A stretch of 64,000 bases of DNA. Origin: Octopus vulgaris. Lineage: Eukaryota. Shown piece after piece: positions 38,940 through 52,638 of the stretch. Location: NCBI GenBank assembly GCA_951406725.2, contig OX597814.1:102114001-102178000 (forward strand), in the 5' to 3' direction. Below the pieces are notes generated by a model. The model worked only from the letters and a program-made list of their open reading frames with translations. It did not search any database and was not told where the DNA came from. Both the position numbers and the translations under genes were made by a program. Position 1 is the first letter of the stretch. Every line of letters starts with the position of its first letter.

Positions 38940-39888
38940 TGTTATTCTATGTTCCGACCCAGATCTGGTCGCCCCCTTCTGCCGTTGATGAGACGTCTGT
39001 CCGTCAAGTTGAGGCTGCCATTTTGGAAGGTCAACGCATAACTATTCGCCAAATAGCCCATAAGGTCAAGATTAGAACCAGGTCTGTGGAAACTATCATT
39101 CATGACCATTTGCATATGCAAAAGCTGTCTGCCAGATAGATTTCCAGGTTGCTCACACCTTTCCAGAAGCAAGAACGCGTTGAGTGCTCGAGGATGAATT
39201 TGGAGATGTGCCAAGAAGATGAGTCAAAATTTTTCAAAAGACTGATCACACTGGATAAAACCTGGGTCCATCACTATGATCCATAGACCAAAGCCCAGTC
39301 AATGCAGTAAAAGCACCGTGACTCACCTCCTCCAAAGAAGGCAAGGGTGCAGCCCTCCGCTGACAAGGTTATGCTCACAGTCTTCTGGGACCAGGATGGA
39401 GTAGTGATGACAGATTTCCTGGCAAACGGTACCACAATTACAGGAGCCTATTATGCTTCACTTTTGAGGAAATTAAGAGAAGCTATCAAAATCAAGAGGC
39501 GGGGCAAGATCAGCAAAGGCATCCTCCTCCTGCAGGACAACGCTCCGGTCCACAACTCGCGTGTCGCCAGATCAGAAGCACAGGCGTGCAGCTATGAACT
39601 CATTCCCTTGCACCCTCTGATTTTCACCTCTTCCTAGCCATGAAGTTGATTTTGAAAGGAAAGCGTTTCCCAGATGATGCAGCCTTGATTTCTGAAGTTA
39701 CGTCGTGGTTGGAGGACCAAGCTGGGGTCTTCTACAAAAACGGTCTCCAGGGCTGTATCAAACGATGGGAGAAATGCATAACTCTGGGTAGTTCCTATGT
39801 AGGAAAAGACTAATAACTGTGCCAAGTGTCGTTGCTCTACTGCTATGGGAAGTGGGTCAGGGGCATTACTTATTGAACGCCCCTCGTA
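38940..39888 (+). mobile_element. mariner transposon remnant with 3' TIR
   Basis: RITIRQIA...HLHMQKLSAR; DKTWVHHYDP; KVMLTVFWD; LLQDNAPVH; terminus ACTTATTGAACGCCCCTCG-TA. In-frame stops present. Confidence 0.9.
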
Positions 39889-40278
39889 TATATATATATA
39901 TATTGGGAAACAGGATGGACCTTCCTTGTATCATAAGTTCCGGTTCGTGTTATTGAAAACACTTTATCTTGAGTAGGATGTTTTTAAATGATTAAATAAT
40001 GACATTGTCTGATATTTATCTTTCATTTTTTTTTTTTTTTGTGTCGTTTCTGGTTACACTTCATGTCTAACATGTTCGCAGAAGTCGACTATTAACTGTA
40101 TTTAAGTGTATTCAACTATGTATTATAAATATCATGTTTCGCAAACATCACAAAAAATAAAAATTAAAACAGAAAGATATATATAAAAGCAAATCATTAC
40201 ACCCTATATGCAAATGAATTCAGATTAGTTTTATGCGTGTTTGCGCGCGCACGTGCGTATGAGTGTGTGAGTGTGAGG

Positions 40279-40395
<117 letters not shown>

Positions 40396-40477
40396 TGCGT
40401 GTGTATGTGTGTGTGTGCAGAATGTATACGTATACATGTCCATCTATCAATTCGTTCATCCGATCGTCCGTTCTTAT

Positions 40478-40525
<48 letters not shown>

Positions 40526-40689
40526 ATATATATGGTGCGAAACTGCGTAATACCACCCGGTTGATAACAGATGAAGAACTAGGGATCTTCCGTGTCTGTC
40601 TTCCGTCCATTTGTGCACTGAATATATGCCGTACGCTTTTTACTTGTCATTTGTGTATTTACAATATACTTTTTCTTTTATATTTATAG

Positions 40690-41250
40690 AATGGAGTTGT
40701 AAGCCCCCTTACAGTATATCTCGGACACAGACCATATGTCGATAAACCAGCTGGAAAAGATGTTTTCCTCGGGTTATGAAATAGTAACATAGTCCTATCA
40801 GAACTGCCACATTGACAAATAAACTTTGATATTCAGTACTGTTACTACATAGATCTCATTCAGAGATTTAAAGCTGGGGTTTTTTTTCCTTACGAGATCA
40901 GCGACTAACAGTCGCTTCGATAACTATATACTGTGTGTAAGGTCGGCTGGTTGCTAGTACTTATGAAGGGAAATTACCCAGAAACTACTGGTCTACAGGT
41001 ACTACCAACGGCTAGAAGGGACTAGTAAGTCTCCTTACAGTATATCTCAGACACAGACCATGTATGGATAAACCGCTGGAAAAGATGTGTTTCTAGGGTT
41101 ATGAAATATCCGCAAGCTCTTACTGCCAGGTTTCAGTCCCAAAAGATATGAAATAGTAGCATAGTCCTATGCAGGACTGCTATATTATGTTGACAAATAA
41201 ACTTTAATATTCAGTACTGTTACTATATAGATCTCATTCAGAGATTTAAA
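40690..41250. repeat. Local imperfect tandem duplication (~40700-40872 and ~41026-41250)
   Basis: Shared blocks CCTTACAGTATATCTC..ACACAGACCAT, GCTGGAAAAGATG and TTGACAAATAAACTTT.ATATTCAGTACTGTTACTA.ATAGATCTCATTCAGAGATTTAAA. Confidence 0.85.
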
Positions 41251-41268
41251 ACTAGTTCTTTTTCTCCT

Positions 41269-41366
<98 letters not shown>

Positions 41367-44300
41367 CTAGCAGAAATATCCGTCGTTGACTGGGTTCAGA
41401 AAGAGCCTTCAAAAACTATACCCTGATTTATGAAATATACTGCTTCGATATTATTGAATGTTTTGTAGCGGAATATCCGCAAGCTCTTATTGTTAGGCTT
41501 CTGCCCAAGAAGTTATAACATAGTCTAATATACTATTGAACCCAATACTCGTTTATCCTAATAAAAATATTGTTCCCAATCTTGTAGATGATAAATCTCA
41601 ATCATTCTTATAAATCAAAAGAAAGGAATGCCAGTTTTTGTATAAAAGAGGTTCATCCAGATATAATCATGGTTGCATACAAACTTCTTATTCTTTATCT
41701 CAATATTCTGATTTGTAAATTGAAGCAAACATCACATAGATTGCAATTTTTGCATATAGAATGCAAGTAACTAAAAGCTTGAGGAAAATTATAAAGACAT
41801 ACATATTGCAATGTTTATTCAAGAATCCCAACAATCACAAACAATTAAATATATATTATCATAGTAATGTAACATATATTATCATAGTAATGTAAATCAA
41901 GTATGATGCTGGCATCATACTTGATTTGATAAGTATGATATTTAAAAACATACTTGATATATATATATAGAGAGAGAGGGGGGGAGAAAAATTGGATCCC
42001 GAATGCTTCCATAGAACTAGTGGAGAAAACCAAGCAAGCTTGCAACAATGACTCTGATGACTACCGCCGCCTCAGAAGACTGACCGCTCGCTCGCGCAGA
42101 AGGACCGGAATTTTTTCTGGTGCCCGATTTCTCTGGGCATGAAGCGAGCTGCTTCGGTCGACAATTCACGAAAGCTCTATCAGCTGTTTAATTCTGCAAC
42201 TAAGTCCCATACATTGACCAGCCAAAGACCCTCAATAGGCAAGATGAAGTAGTCTCAGACCTTAACAGCCACCTAGATCGTTGGTACAAGCATTTTGCAA
42301 CTTTGCTCAACCATGACACTGTACCTCCGGTAGATCCGCTGACTGGTCAGTCCTCTGTGACACTGTATGATTGCCAAACGGAAGTACTGACCGTAGGAGA
42401 ACTGCGTGTTGTGATGGCAAACATGAAAAACAACAAAGCTTCTAGTTTAGATGGCGTCCCAGCGGAGGTCTTCAAACACTTCCAGGAAGTTCTCATTCTG
42501 TGACTGCACCAAATCATCACACACATTTGGGACTCTAAATCACTTCTCCAAGATTGGAGAGATGCAGTTCTACTTTCATTCTTCAAGAAAGGAGACAGAC
42601 ACTGTTGCAGAAACTACAGAGTATCAACCTAATTGACATCGCAGTCAAGATATTTTCCTCGGTACTGTTATGCAGATTCCATCTTTAGGGAGACTGACGC
42701 ACCTGTTTTAACCAGTCCAGGCCGTGGCTGTACAGATCAGATCTTCACGCTGACTAGACGGCTGGAGCATTGATGATGTTATCAACAACCGACAGTCATC
42801 TGCTTCGTCTATTTTGCGGCGGGATTTGACTTAGTTTAGCGTGATTTGTGGGAAGTAAAGGCTGCAGATGGTTTTCCACCAAAACGTCTGAACCCGCAGA
42901 AAGCCTACCATACAATCCGGGGCTTATGAACAAGAGTTACCATTTTTCGATGTTTGTTCCAAGGTCCACTCTGTTCAACTACAGCATTGACTGGATCACG
43001 AAACATGCGCTGGCAAATTTTCCTGACTACACTGAGGATATAGCGATCCTGGAGGACAACAATACTGACCTCCAAACTGCTATCAACAACATCAACTCCT
43101 GAGCTCTCAATATCGGAATGAGGATAAATGCATCCAAAACAAAAATTCTCGCGGCAGAAATCCCATCCTCAGAAAAGATACTAATAGTTCTCAATGGTGA
43201 AGTCCTTGAAGAAATCGACCACTTCAAACACCTAGGATTGACATTCACAACTGGACAAAGAAAGGACGATATTGACCTATACATCAACAGCGCTTGTCTC
43301 ACGTTCTGTCGTCTTCAGAGCCGCCTTTGGTCGCGACCGGAGGTCAGAATTCGCACGAAACTGGCTATTTTCCAACGCTCATTTGATCGTTCTTTTCTAT
43401 GGGTGCGAATCCTGGCCACTGAGAGCTGAGGATCTCCGAAAACTCGACCTCTACTGCCTACGTAGAATTCTGCATGTTCGCCCATTGAACTTCATTTTGA
43501 ATCCCGAAATACGACAACACTGCTGAATCAACTCTCTGCAACAGACTCCACTCACAAGACGTCTAGGGTGGCTTGGCCATACTCTCCCTCAACCATCGGG
43601 GAAATTCATATCTGATGAAGCAAAGTGAAATATATTCTTTTTCTGCTCTCGCATTTTAGCAAGAACATCATTGAAAAAGTTATGCGATTTGAGGAAAGAA
43701 ACTTTGAATGCAGAATTGTAATAATACTTCGTGTGCAAGCAGCCATTGGGTTCATTTTCACTAAAATATCTTGAGAGATTCTCAGTGTTGTGAGAAGTTT
43801 CTTTTAATAGGTATGTTGTTAAACTGTTGACTTCTGAAAGATTAGTATGAGCGAATGCATGCTCATTCAATTCATTCATTCTCGTACAAACAACTTTGTT
43901 TTCAGATGATACTGTATTGTAGATTTCATCACTGTATTCCTGCCAAGACATGGCCACTGAATCTGGTATTTTTAATCTTCTGCAAGATCATTTCTGCATC
44001 CTAGCCATATTAATTCTGGATCCCCTTGCGCTGTTAACACAGTTTGTCTTAGAGTTAGAGGTTGCTGAGCAGTAGTTTCTATAGTAAATTATATTCTTTG
44101 GTCATTCTTTAAATGAACAGCTAATGATAATACTGGAGTATATCTTTCGTGAATAGAGAAGTTAAATATTCTCCTTAAAGCTTTATTGCTGCAAATATAC
44201 TGCCCCATGTGGATTTAAATGACTCCATTTTGAAATGTCTATAGTCGGAGAGTAAACATTGCAGCATCAGAACCATTGTTAACATATTTACATGTGTACT

Positions 44301-44955
44301 TGATTGACTTTACGGAATTACAATATCCCACATTTATGTGAACATTCAATATCTATCAAAAGATATTACATGCTGACCAATTTTTTTTATCTTCAAACCG
44401 CCATCTTCCGGTGCTGTCCTATTCTATGATGGATATCCACCGTCATCTGCTTGCGGTTTTTGATGAAAATTTTGGAATAATGATTCATACACTTGTTTTT
44501 CATGCCCGGAACAATTGAGATGAGACAAACTCAAGGATCGTGATTCATGACCGACATTACACTTTAGTGAAGTGCTTTGTCTTTTATGAGGTGTAAGATT
44601 TCTGCTGATATTATGGAATCAATCTCATTATTGTGAAATTCATGCAAAAGCCGGATACAAGTGTGAATCAACCTTCTCTTTTGTCACTCAGTGGTGTACA
44701 TGTAGGAACGTAATGATTGAAATATGAGATTTTGTTGTATGATCTATCAATTTGGAAACTTTGTGATGAAAACTTCTTGCAATTATGTCGTATTTCTCGA
44801 TGCATATGTGCTTGACATTCCATTTATCATTACAAGAGTGATGAAAAGATCCATAATTACGTAGGTAAGTCATGTCATCCTGACTTAATTACATGAATAT
44901 ATCGTGAGCTTCCAGTTAAACTGAATGGGAGAATACATAGCTTAGAACAACGTAT
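41367..44955 (-). mobile_element. Decayed Helitron (Rep + helicase N-part + CTAG 3' end), interrupted by an RTE
   Basis: Minus-strand peptides ILPFSLTGSSRY and MTYLRNYG...CNDKW...DIIARSFHHKVSKLID (Rep), and VLAKMREQKKNIFHFASS (helicase motif I/Ia region). Hairpin ACCCAGTCAACGACGGAT, then CTAG-T at 41370-41367. Linking the 3' end to the coding part is an inference. Confidence 0.65.
41990..43590 (+). mobile_element. RTE-clade LINE remnant
   Basis: MKNNKASSLDGVPAEVFK; CRNYRVS; GRGCTDQIFTL; MRINASKTK; LFYGCESWPL; LGWLGH. Many stops and frameshifts. Confidence 0.85.
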
Positions 44956-44959
44956 ACCT

Positions 44960-45740
44960 AATAATTCCTTAACCCTCTTTCTTGCACCTTCATTCTCACA
45001 TGCTTTGTGCATAGGACCGAGGCGTGGAATTTTTTCAGAAGCATTATCATAATTGAGACGAGGGACTTTTTTGGGCCAGGATCTATGGATAATTTCCAGA
45101 AATCCTTGGCTTGGCAGTGCTGCCAGGATTGGAGATACTGCTGATTCGGGATAAACTCTACAGGCGTGGAAGTACCGTCAACCGGGCTAGCCAGAGAGGC
45201 GCACAGGGCGACGAAACTTCTGCACACTCGTCCATGGCTTGGGTATGGTTGACTTGTGGGTTTATGTCGAACACCTACTGTCACATGTAGGATGGATCTA
45301 GCTCTCGGATGAGTCCACTACGAAGTTCGTACCGCCACCTTCCTTTGGCCGGGAAGAGAAGACAGTGTTTCTTTTGCTGGTAATCTTAGTGAAAGAGGGT
45401 AGCGTGAGAAGTACTGCATCCCAGCAATTTTGTTAAAAGTGAGGTAAATGTTGCAAGAATGGTCCTAGTGAACGGGATTACTCTAAGTATACGCCTGTCG
45501 GTTGAAGGAGAAAGATGTGAAGAAGACACTTGCCCAAGTGGTTAGGGCGACCGTGCTTTTGTGGGGTTTCCTCGAGCAACCCTAGGAAATCTCCGTCTTT
45601 CGAGTAATTATTAATCATAATTTTTTTATTGTTGCGGTTTTTTAATTTTTACATGGTTTTTATGTAACCCACATTGCATTGTCCTGTACCGTCCCCAATG
45701 TTTTTGTAAAAATTTAGTAGTCAATAAAGAAAACATTATT
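44960..45740 (+). mobile_element. Probable L1/Tx1-like retroelement 3' remnant
   Basis: GC-richer block with a T-rich 3' UTR and AATAAA at ~45723, similar in layout to the end of 6100-7937. No diagnostic peptide recognised. Confidence 0.3.
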
Positions 45741-45795
45741 ATTATCCTTAGTAGTAGTAGTACCAGCAGAAGTACTACTACTAGTAGTAGCAGTA

Positions 45796-46195
45796 AGGCG
45801 GCGAGCTGGCAGAAACGTTAGCACGCCGGGCGAAATGCGTAGCCGTATTTCGTCTGCCGTTACGTTCTGAGTTCAAATTCCGCCGAGGTCGACTTTGCCT
45901 TTCATCCTTTCGGGGTCGATTAAATAAGTACCAGTTACGCACTGGGGTCGATATAATCGACTTAATCCGTTTGTCTGTCCTTGTTTGTTCTCTCTGTGTT
46001 TAGCCCCTTGTGGGTAGTAAAGAAATAGGTATTTCGTCTGCTGCTACGTTCTGAGTTCAAATTCCACCGAGGTCGACTTTGCCTTTCATCCTTTCGGGGC
46101 CAATAAATTAAGTACCAGTTGCGTACAGAGGTCGATCTACTCGACTGGGCACCCTCCCCCAAAATTTCGGGCCTTGTGCATAGAGTAGAAAAGAT
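45796..46195 (+). mobile_element. tRNA-derived SINE, family A (dimeric, young-looking)
   Basis: GGCGGCGAGCTGGCAGAAACGTT (A-box), GAGTTCAAATTCC (B-box); the body GAGGTCGACTTTGCCTTTCATCCTTTCGGGG occurs twice; ends in (ATT)n. Confidence 0.88.
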
Positions 46196-46214
46196 TATGA
46201 TTATTATTATTATT

Positions 46215-47560
46215 ATTATTATCATTATTCAGTTGTCTTATTTTTATCATGTGCTTTCACTGCACTACCGAGCGCAGCTCTGTGTGCCTTGGGTATGTGC
46301 TGTGGTTTGTTGCGATGATCCTATTTTTACTGTATTGAAAGTGTTTTACGTAGGATGTGTGCGGTGCCTAGTAGTGCTATTTTCTGTATGTTTTGTATAC
46401 TTGGTAGTCCTCGTTTTTGTTATGTATTTGTCTGAATATTTTTTTTAATCATACTTAATGCGCCTACCATGATAGGAATTGTTTCTGCTTTTAGACTCCA
46501 CATTCGAGTTACCTCTATTTCCAGGTCTTTGTGTTTTGAAACTTTCTCCGTTTCTTTTAGAAACATTGTCATCTGTTGGTATTGATATATCGATTAGAAA
46601 GCATTTTGTCTTGCTGATCTCTGACAACTATATCCGACCTATTGGCCTTAATTTTTCTACCTGTGTGTATAGGCATATCCCATAGTGTGTTTGCTTTCTC
46701 ATTTTCTATTACCTTTTCTGGCGTGTGCCTATACCATCTTTTTTCTGCTATTCCATAGAATTGGCATAGCTTCCAGTGTATATAAATCCCAACTCTGTCG
46801 TGTCTGTGAATATATTCCTTCTTAGCCAGGATTGTTTCTTGTCCACCTCCACATATTCTGCAGTTACTTGTATTTCTTTTCATAACATATTTTTGATAAT
46901 TTCTGGTGGGGAGGCTTTCGTCTTATGCCGCAATTAAAAATCCTTCTGTCTCTGCTTTGAGTCCTGAGCTTCTCAGCCGCTCTTGACATTTTGCTTTGTA
47001 TATTTCATTTGCGTTTAGTTTAGCCCAGTATTTGCCATGAAGGGACTTTTCTTGCCATCGTTTATCATGATTCGTTGCTCTTCCAGTTTTAGTTTGGATT
47101 TCACTTGTTTTACAGCTTTTGTTGTTTCTTCTTCTTCTTCTTCGTAGTCGTTAGGTACTATGACTTCTTTGTTATATATGTCAGCTTCCTTAAAAACTGA
47201 AAACAGTTTTTTGTTTTGTTTGTGTTTTGTGGCTATTTGTATTACTTTTTCTATTATTATTTAACAGTTGGTGGTTTCAGGCAAATTTCTTCTGCATCAC
47301 CTGCTACATCTCCGTGTTGCTGTGGGGTGTGTGCAATATTGTGTTTTTTGTTGTTGTTGGGAGTCTGCAAACTCTTCCCAGTATTGTATTGCGTCAGTTT
47401 CTTTTTTTATAAGGTATGATGCAGTCTTTTGTCGTATTAGTGTTTGTATTGAGATGGGTGTGTAATGCGTTGGGTAATAGCCTGTTGGTGGTAATTTATT
47501 TCATTGGATATTTGCTGTATATAGTGCGTCTTGTGTTTGTGGATTGTTTTCTTCAGGTTG
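46215..47560 (-). mobile_element. R4/Dong-like LINE, internally deleted
   Basis: CRICGGGQET...HRHDRVG...LWDMPIHTGRKIKANRSDIVVRD; same 3' UTR as the 36110-37205 copy; abuts (ATT)n. Confidence 0.88.
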
Positions 47561-47999
47561 AAGATAAAGTTATTTCTATGAAACGTTGTTAAAAAATATT
47601 AGCTACAAAAAAAAATGTGTGGCTTTAAGTGACAAAAAAAGTTGATACTCATAAGAAATCAAAAGGTTTTTGTCATTTTAATAAAATAATATTATTTGAA
47701 ACCAATAAATATTTCAGAAAAGACTCTGTCCAAAAATATTAAGCATGAAAACGTTATGATTCTTTATGATTTCATCTTAATTTTTGTCTTTATGTATTAA
47801 AATATGTACATACAAAAACATATTAAAATAAAAAAAATTCACTCATTAAAAGAAATATTTAATAATTGTTTAATTAGAATCTATCATTATGGTATAATAA
47901 ACAATTTTTAAAACTATATTTATTTGTAACAGATATGCTGCTATTAATCCTTTGTTATTTTAGGTACAAACAAAATTCGTAAGTTTGAAAAAATCCATA

Positions 48000-48390
48000 T
48001 TCTTTTACTTGTTTTAGTCATTTGACGGCAGCCATGCTGGAGTACCACCTTTAGTCGAGCAAATCGACCCCAGGACTTATTCTTTGTAAGCCTAGTACTT
48101 ATTCTATCGGTCTATTTTGCCGAACCGCTAAGTTACGGGGACGTAAACAAACCAGCATCGGTTGGCAAGTGATGTTGGGTGGACAAACACAGACACGCAC
48201 ACACACACACATATATATATATATACATACGACGGGCTTCTTTCAGTTTCCGCCTACCAAATCCACTCATAAGGCTTTGGTTGGCCCGATGCTATAGTAG
48301 AAGACTTGCCCAAGGTGCCAAGGGACTGAACCCAGAACCATGTGATCGGTAAGCAAGCTACTTACCATACAGCAACTCCTGTGCCTATAT
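48000..48390 (-). mobile_element. SINE family B, near full length
   Basis: tRNA-like head (GCTGTATGGTAAG...GGGTTCAGTCCC), internal (TA/TG)n, and the family B tail. Confidence 0.87.
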
Positions 48391-48536
48391 TTAAAAAAAT
48401 ACAATAGTATCATTGTTTTCAATTATAAATGTAAATATAACTAAATATAATAATAGAAGTTTTGCCTGCTAAAGAAATGAACTAGAATGAAAAATCCAGG
48501 TGCAGAATCCTAAAATATTCATAAGAATTGAAGCTG

Positions 48537-48581
<45 letters not shown>

Positions 48582-49149
48582 CAAAATGGGACAAGAACGC
48601 AAAACATACGGACAACTAGGTGATACAAAAAGGGACAACAAAACATCCAGATACAAAAAAACAAGGATGGGTCATTTGAAGCCTTTTATCCTCAGTCAAG
48701 AACCGGATCATCCTCGCAATTTCGGCTATATTTGCTTTTTATGGCAAATTTTTAAAAATTCAAGTTAACATCTTTTATTTAAAATTTTCTAAAACATTTA
48801 TATTTAGTGTTATATTATTTTTTAATTTTATTTTCTTAAAAAAACTCATTATCCCAAAATTTCAAAACATAGATATTGTATTATAAAATTATACACGTTA
48901 TTTGAAAAAGTAAAATATAGTAAAAAAAATTATTATTATTTCTTTAGAGTTTGCATTATCAGATAACAAAGTATTTTTTATTTACAGATAGAAAAATATT
49001 TTAAAAACTGAAAGCTAATAAACAAATTGAGGGCAAAATGTAGAAACGACCCTCTAGCGTCTTTAGAAAAAAATATTCTGCTGAAATTGCTATTATGTGA
49101 TTTTTTAAATATATAAATTTGTAATATCAACTTTTAGTGAAAAGATTAA

Positions 49150-49830
49150 TTGCCTACAAGTTTACACATTAAAAGTGAATATAAATGGCTTCAAACAACC
49201 AAATTCAGTCCAACAACTTTATACTTCATATAGGAATTGGTCCTGTAGTAGAAGGAACTGGTGAAATTATCATACTCCAGGATGTAACATTTTCCATGAT
49301 TTCAATGACTCTCATTTCCTTGGCTTTTCAATAGAAACATCATATAGAAATGCATTCTAGAGCCAGAAAGATTTTCTGCACCCAAAAATATTGATGTTGT
49401 TCTCATCAATGGGGAAATACTAAAACTGTTTCCAGGATATGACAGGGTTCTCTTTAGTTATGATGAAGGTTTGTATCAAGATTTCCCTTCAGAATTTACG
49501 ACAGGGTACTTAAATACACTAAATATTTCAGGTTTACCATCACACATCTTAAAATTAAAGATTAATGCAATAATTATTCTTTTACATACAACTGACCAAC
49601 CTAATGGCATGTGTAATTGTATATGTTTAGTTATTCAAGCCATTTAAGGAAAAGTTCTTAAGGAAAAAATTATAACTGAAGAACTACATAAAAAAAAAAA
49701 CTATAGTAATACCAAGAGTTACTCTTTCTGCAGTTGGTAAAGAGTTACCATTTACATTAATTAGACAACACTTTCCTATTAAATTAGCAATGGCAAGAAC
49801 AATTAATAAATGACAAGGATGAACACTTCT
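49150..49830 (+). mobile_element. Helitron helicase fragment, degenerate
   Basis: LNTLNISGLPSHILKLKINAIIIL; IPRVTLS...LPFTLIRQHFPIKLAMARTINK*QG*TL. Confidence 0.8.
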
Positions 49831-50960
49831 GCCTCTGCCCTAACTAGATATACCTTATACCTGACATCTAGCTTCTCTTTTAGCTATGGTTCTTTGCTAC
49901 CCCAATTCTTCCAGTCTTTCCAAGCTCATCTCTTCTCTTTTATAGCCCTGTAGACCTTACTTTTCCTCCACCATGTCATCCTTGGTCGGGTAGAAGCTTT
50001 GCTCCAACCACAGATTTGGTCTGTCACCCTCAGTAGATTACCCTGTAAGAACTTTCAGTTATCCTGTGTCATATCTCCATCTCTACCTCCTTTTCATCAA
50101 AGGCTTCATTAAGGACATCTCTGCCTATTTAAAGGACCCTTGAGCCTCCATAGCCTCCTTTTCCATATTGGTTTGTGTCTTGAGATCCTTCTGTCCTTAA
50201 ATCCGAAGTGGCTAACCACTATGATGAATTATACATTCTTCACCTGAGAAAGACTTTGCATTCAGGAGCATATGCCTGTCCCCATTTCTGGTAAGGATAA
50301 AATCAATCTGGCTTGTGTGCCCATCAGATTGATAAGTGACCAGAAGGCTGGCAAGTTTCTTGAAGTTGGTGTTGCAAACAATTAAGCATTTGCATCACAG
50401 AACTCTAACAACCTTGTTTCCTCCTCGTTTCTGGAACCAAAACCGTAGCCACTGTGCATGCCATGAAAACTATTGGAGCGTTTTCAAACATGGCCATTGA
50501 AGTTCCCTGCCATGAAGAGAATGTCATTGTCTATCATCATCAAGGTAGTCTGCTGAAGGGATTAATAGAAACGGTCTCTCTGAATATCTGCAAATCTGAC
50601 ATGCAGAGATAAATGACTATTACATTAAACAGGATTAATCTTAGGTTAACAATCCTATCACATACCCTGGCTACCTCAGTTACCTTTCCCTGTCCAAAGA
50701 ATACCTATACCATCTAACCTGTTACTGCTTCTGGTACAGAAGAATTTGTAACTATGTCTCTTGCCCACAAGCAATCTAGCTGAGGTTGCTCTCCATCGTA
50801 CCTCTTGCACACAGCACACGTCTACTCAAGCATTCCAACAATTTCATCAGGTCTACCTTTCATTATACCAATGCTGATTGTGGCAGCTTTTAGCTTGTAA
50901 TCCTGAAAAGACTGAGTGGGAAGTTGTAGAGAGGTTTTAAGCACCTGGAAAGATCTTAGC
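49830..50960 (-). mobile_element. RTE-like LINE endonuclease region, degenerate
   Basis: Minus-strand peptides CCVQEVRWR, DGIGIL, MAGNFNGHV and GYGFGSRNEEETRLLEFCDA. Confidence 0.75.
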
Positions 50961-51369
50961 AGTCACTTACCCAAAGATAGTGGGTCCTTTGGCTTAGTGT
51001 AAGCAGATGCAGGTACAGGTTGCAGCATGTATTACAATTACAGTTTCCTTCAGTCCCATAAACCCTCCATGAATATGCAAGCATGGAGGAGGGCAATGCA
51101 GAAGTGGCCACAAGCCATGCTAATACATACTTCTACATCACCAGCATCTCATTGTAGATATGTATACATAAACATACACCCATATACATAGTGTGTACAT
51201 GAACAATGCATTGCACATAGAGACAGGCATGTGGAGCTCAGAGGCTGTTTACATGCATTACATGTACCCATATATTATGCACTTGTAAAAACAGTTCACA
51301 GGCTGTAAAAGTCATCAAGTACACTATATGTTTATCTCTATGCATACACAGACATGTATATACTTATCA

Positions 51370-52638
51370 GCATAAATAAATCTTTTTATTCTTTTATTTT
51401 TCAAAATTAAAATAAACAAAGTTCTTTTTAATCTAAAATATACTCTTTCATTTTCTACAGTGCTTTTCCATCTATCTTGTAGACTTGCAGGATTCCTCTT
51501 CCAAAATTCACTTGTCCATGACAAAAAATACTCCTCCAGTACTGTTCAGACCTCCTCTACAGAATTCATACTTTTTCCGTCCAAATAAATTTGAAGACTA
51601 CAGAATAAATGATAATCAGATGGAGCAATGTCTGGCGAATATGGTGGGTGGGGCATCATTTCACATCCAAACTCCTCCAGCCTTTGGAATGTCATCCTCG
51701 CTGTATGTGGCTGAGCATTATCCTGATGGAAGAAAGAACACCTTTCGCCTTGAAACCAAAGATGATCGTTTTTCTTCTAGCACTGACTTAAGCCATTCAA
51801 GCTTCTCACAGTAGATCTCCTTTGTTATCATTTGGTGTGGGTTTAAAAGTTCAAAGTGGACCAAACTTTACATATCCCACCAAACAGATAACAACATCTT
51901 ACATGGGTGAAGACCTTCTTTAACCTGGGGTGCCGGTGTTTCTTCCTTCCCTACCATGTTTGGTGTTTGACATTTTTATAGAGAACCCATTTCTTGTCAC
52001 CAGTCACTATTCAGTCCAAAAAAGGTTCATTTGTGAGCTGTGAGAGTGAAGAAGAGCACATATCCATCTACTGCACATGATTAGAATCAGAATGTTTGTG
52101 AGGAACCCATGGACCCAATTTACCGACTTTTCTGATGGCACGCAGGTGTTGATAAATGATTGAATGATCAAATCCAAGCTTCTTTGCTAGTTCCTCAACA
52201 GTTATGATGGGATTTTGTTCCACCAGGGCTTGCACGACATCTTCGCCAAGCTTTACAGATCTTCAAGCATGAGGCTCGTCTTCTAGCCTATAGTTTCCAG
52301 CTCAGAATTTCTGGACCCACCATTGATGCTGGTTTATGCTTATTGTCCGATCCCCATATACTGCATTAATATTCCTCGTACTTTCCATTGCATTGTTGCT
52401 TTCATTGAACTCATAAAGCAAAATATGCCGAATATGCTCCTTTGTCACTTCCATTAGAGCGTTGAAAAAATAACTTAAAATCAAACTGCACTCTTCAAAA
52501 TTTGCACTAAGAATAAATACAAGTTAAAATTACTACCTGCTTTTAAAGCAAGTTGATGCAGGTAGTTTATCCCATCTCCATGCGACTTTTAGTTCATGCA
52601 ATTGAAAAAAACCACATTATTTATGGGATGACCTAATA
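51370..52638 (-). mobile_element. mariner transposon remnant (near full length)
   Basis: Terminus TA-TTAGGTCATCCCATAAATAA at 52638; HTH MEVTKEHIRHILLYEF; QDNAQPH; PPTIFARHCSI*LS, i.e. a frameshifted HPPYSPDIAPSDY motif. Confidence 0.85.

Noticed and set aside
43589-43957. 122-aa ORF as a novel host protein
   Set aside because: Its C-terminal part and the neighbouring frames resemble decayed Helitron RepHel.
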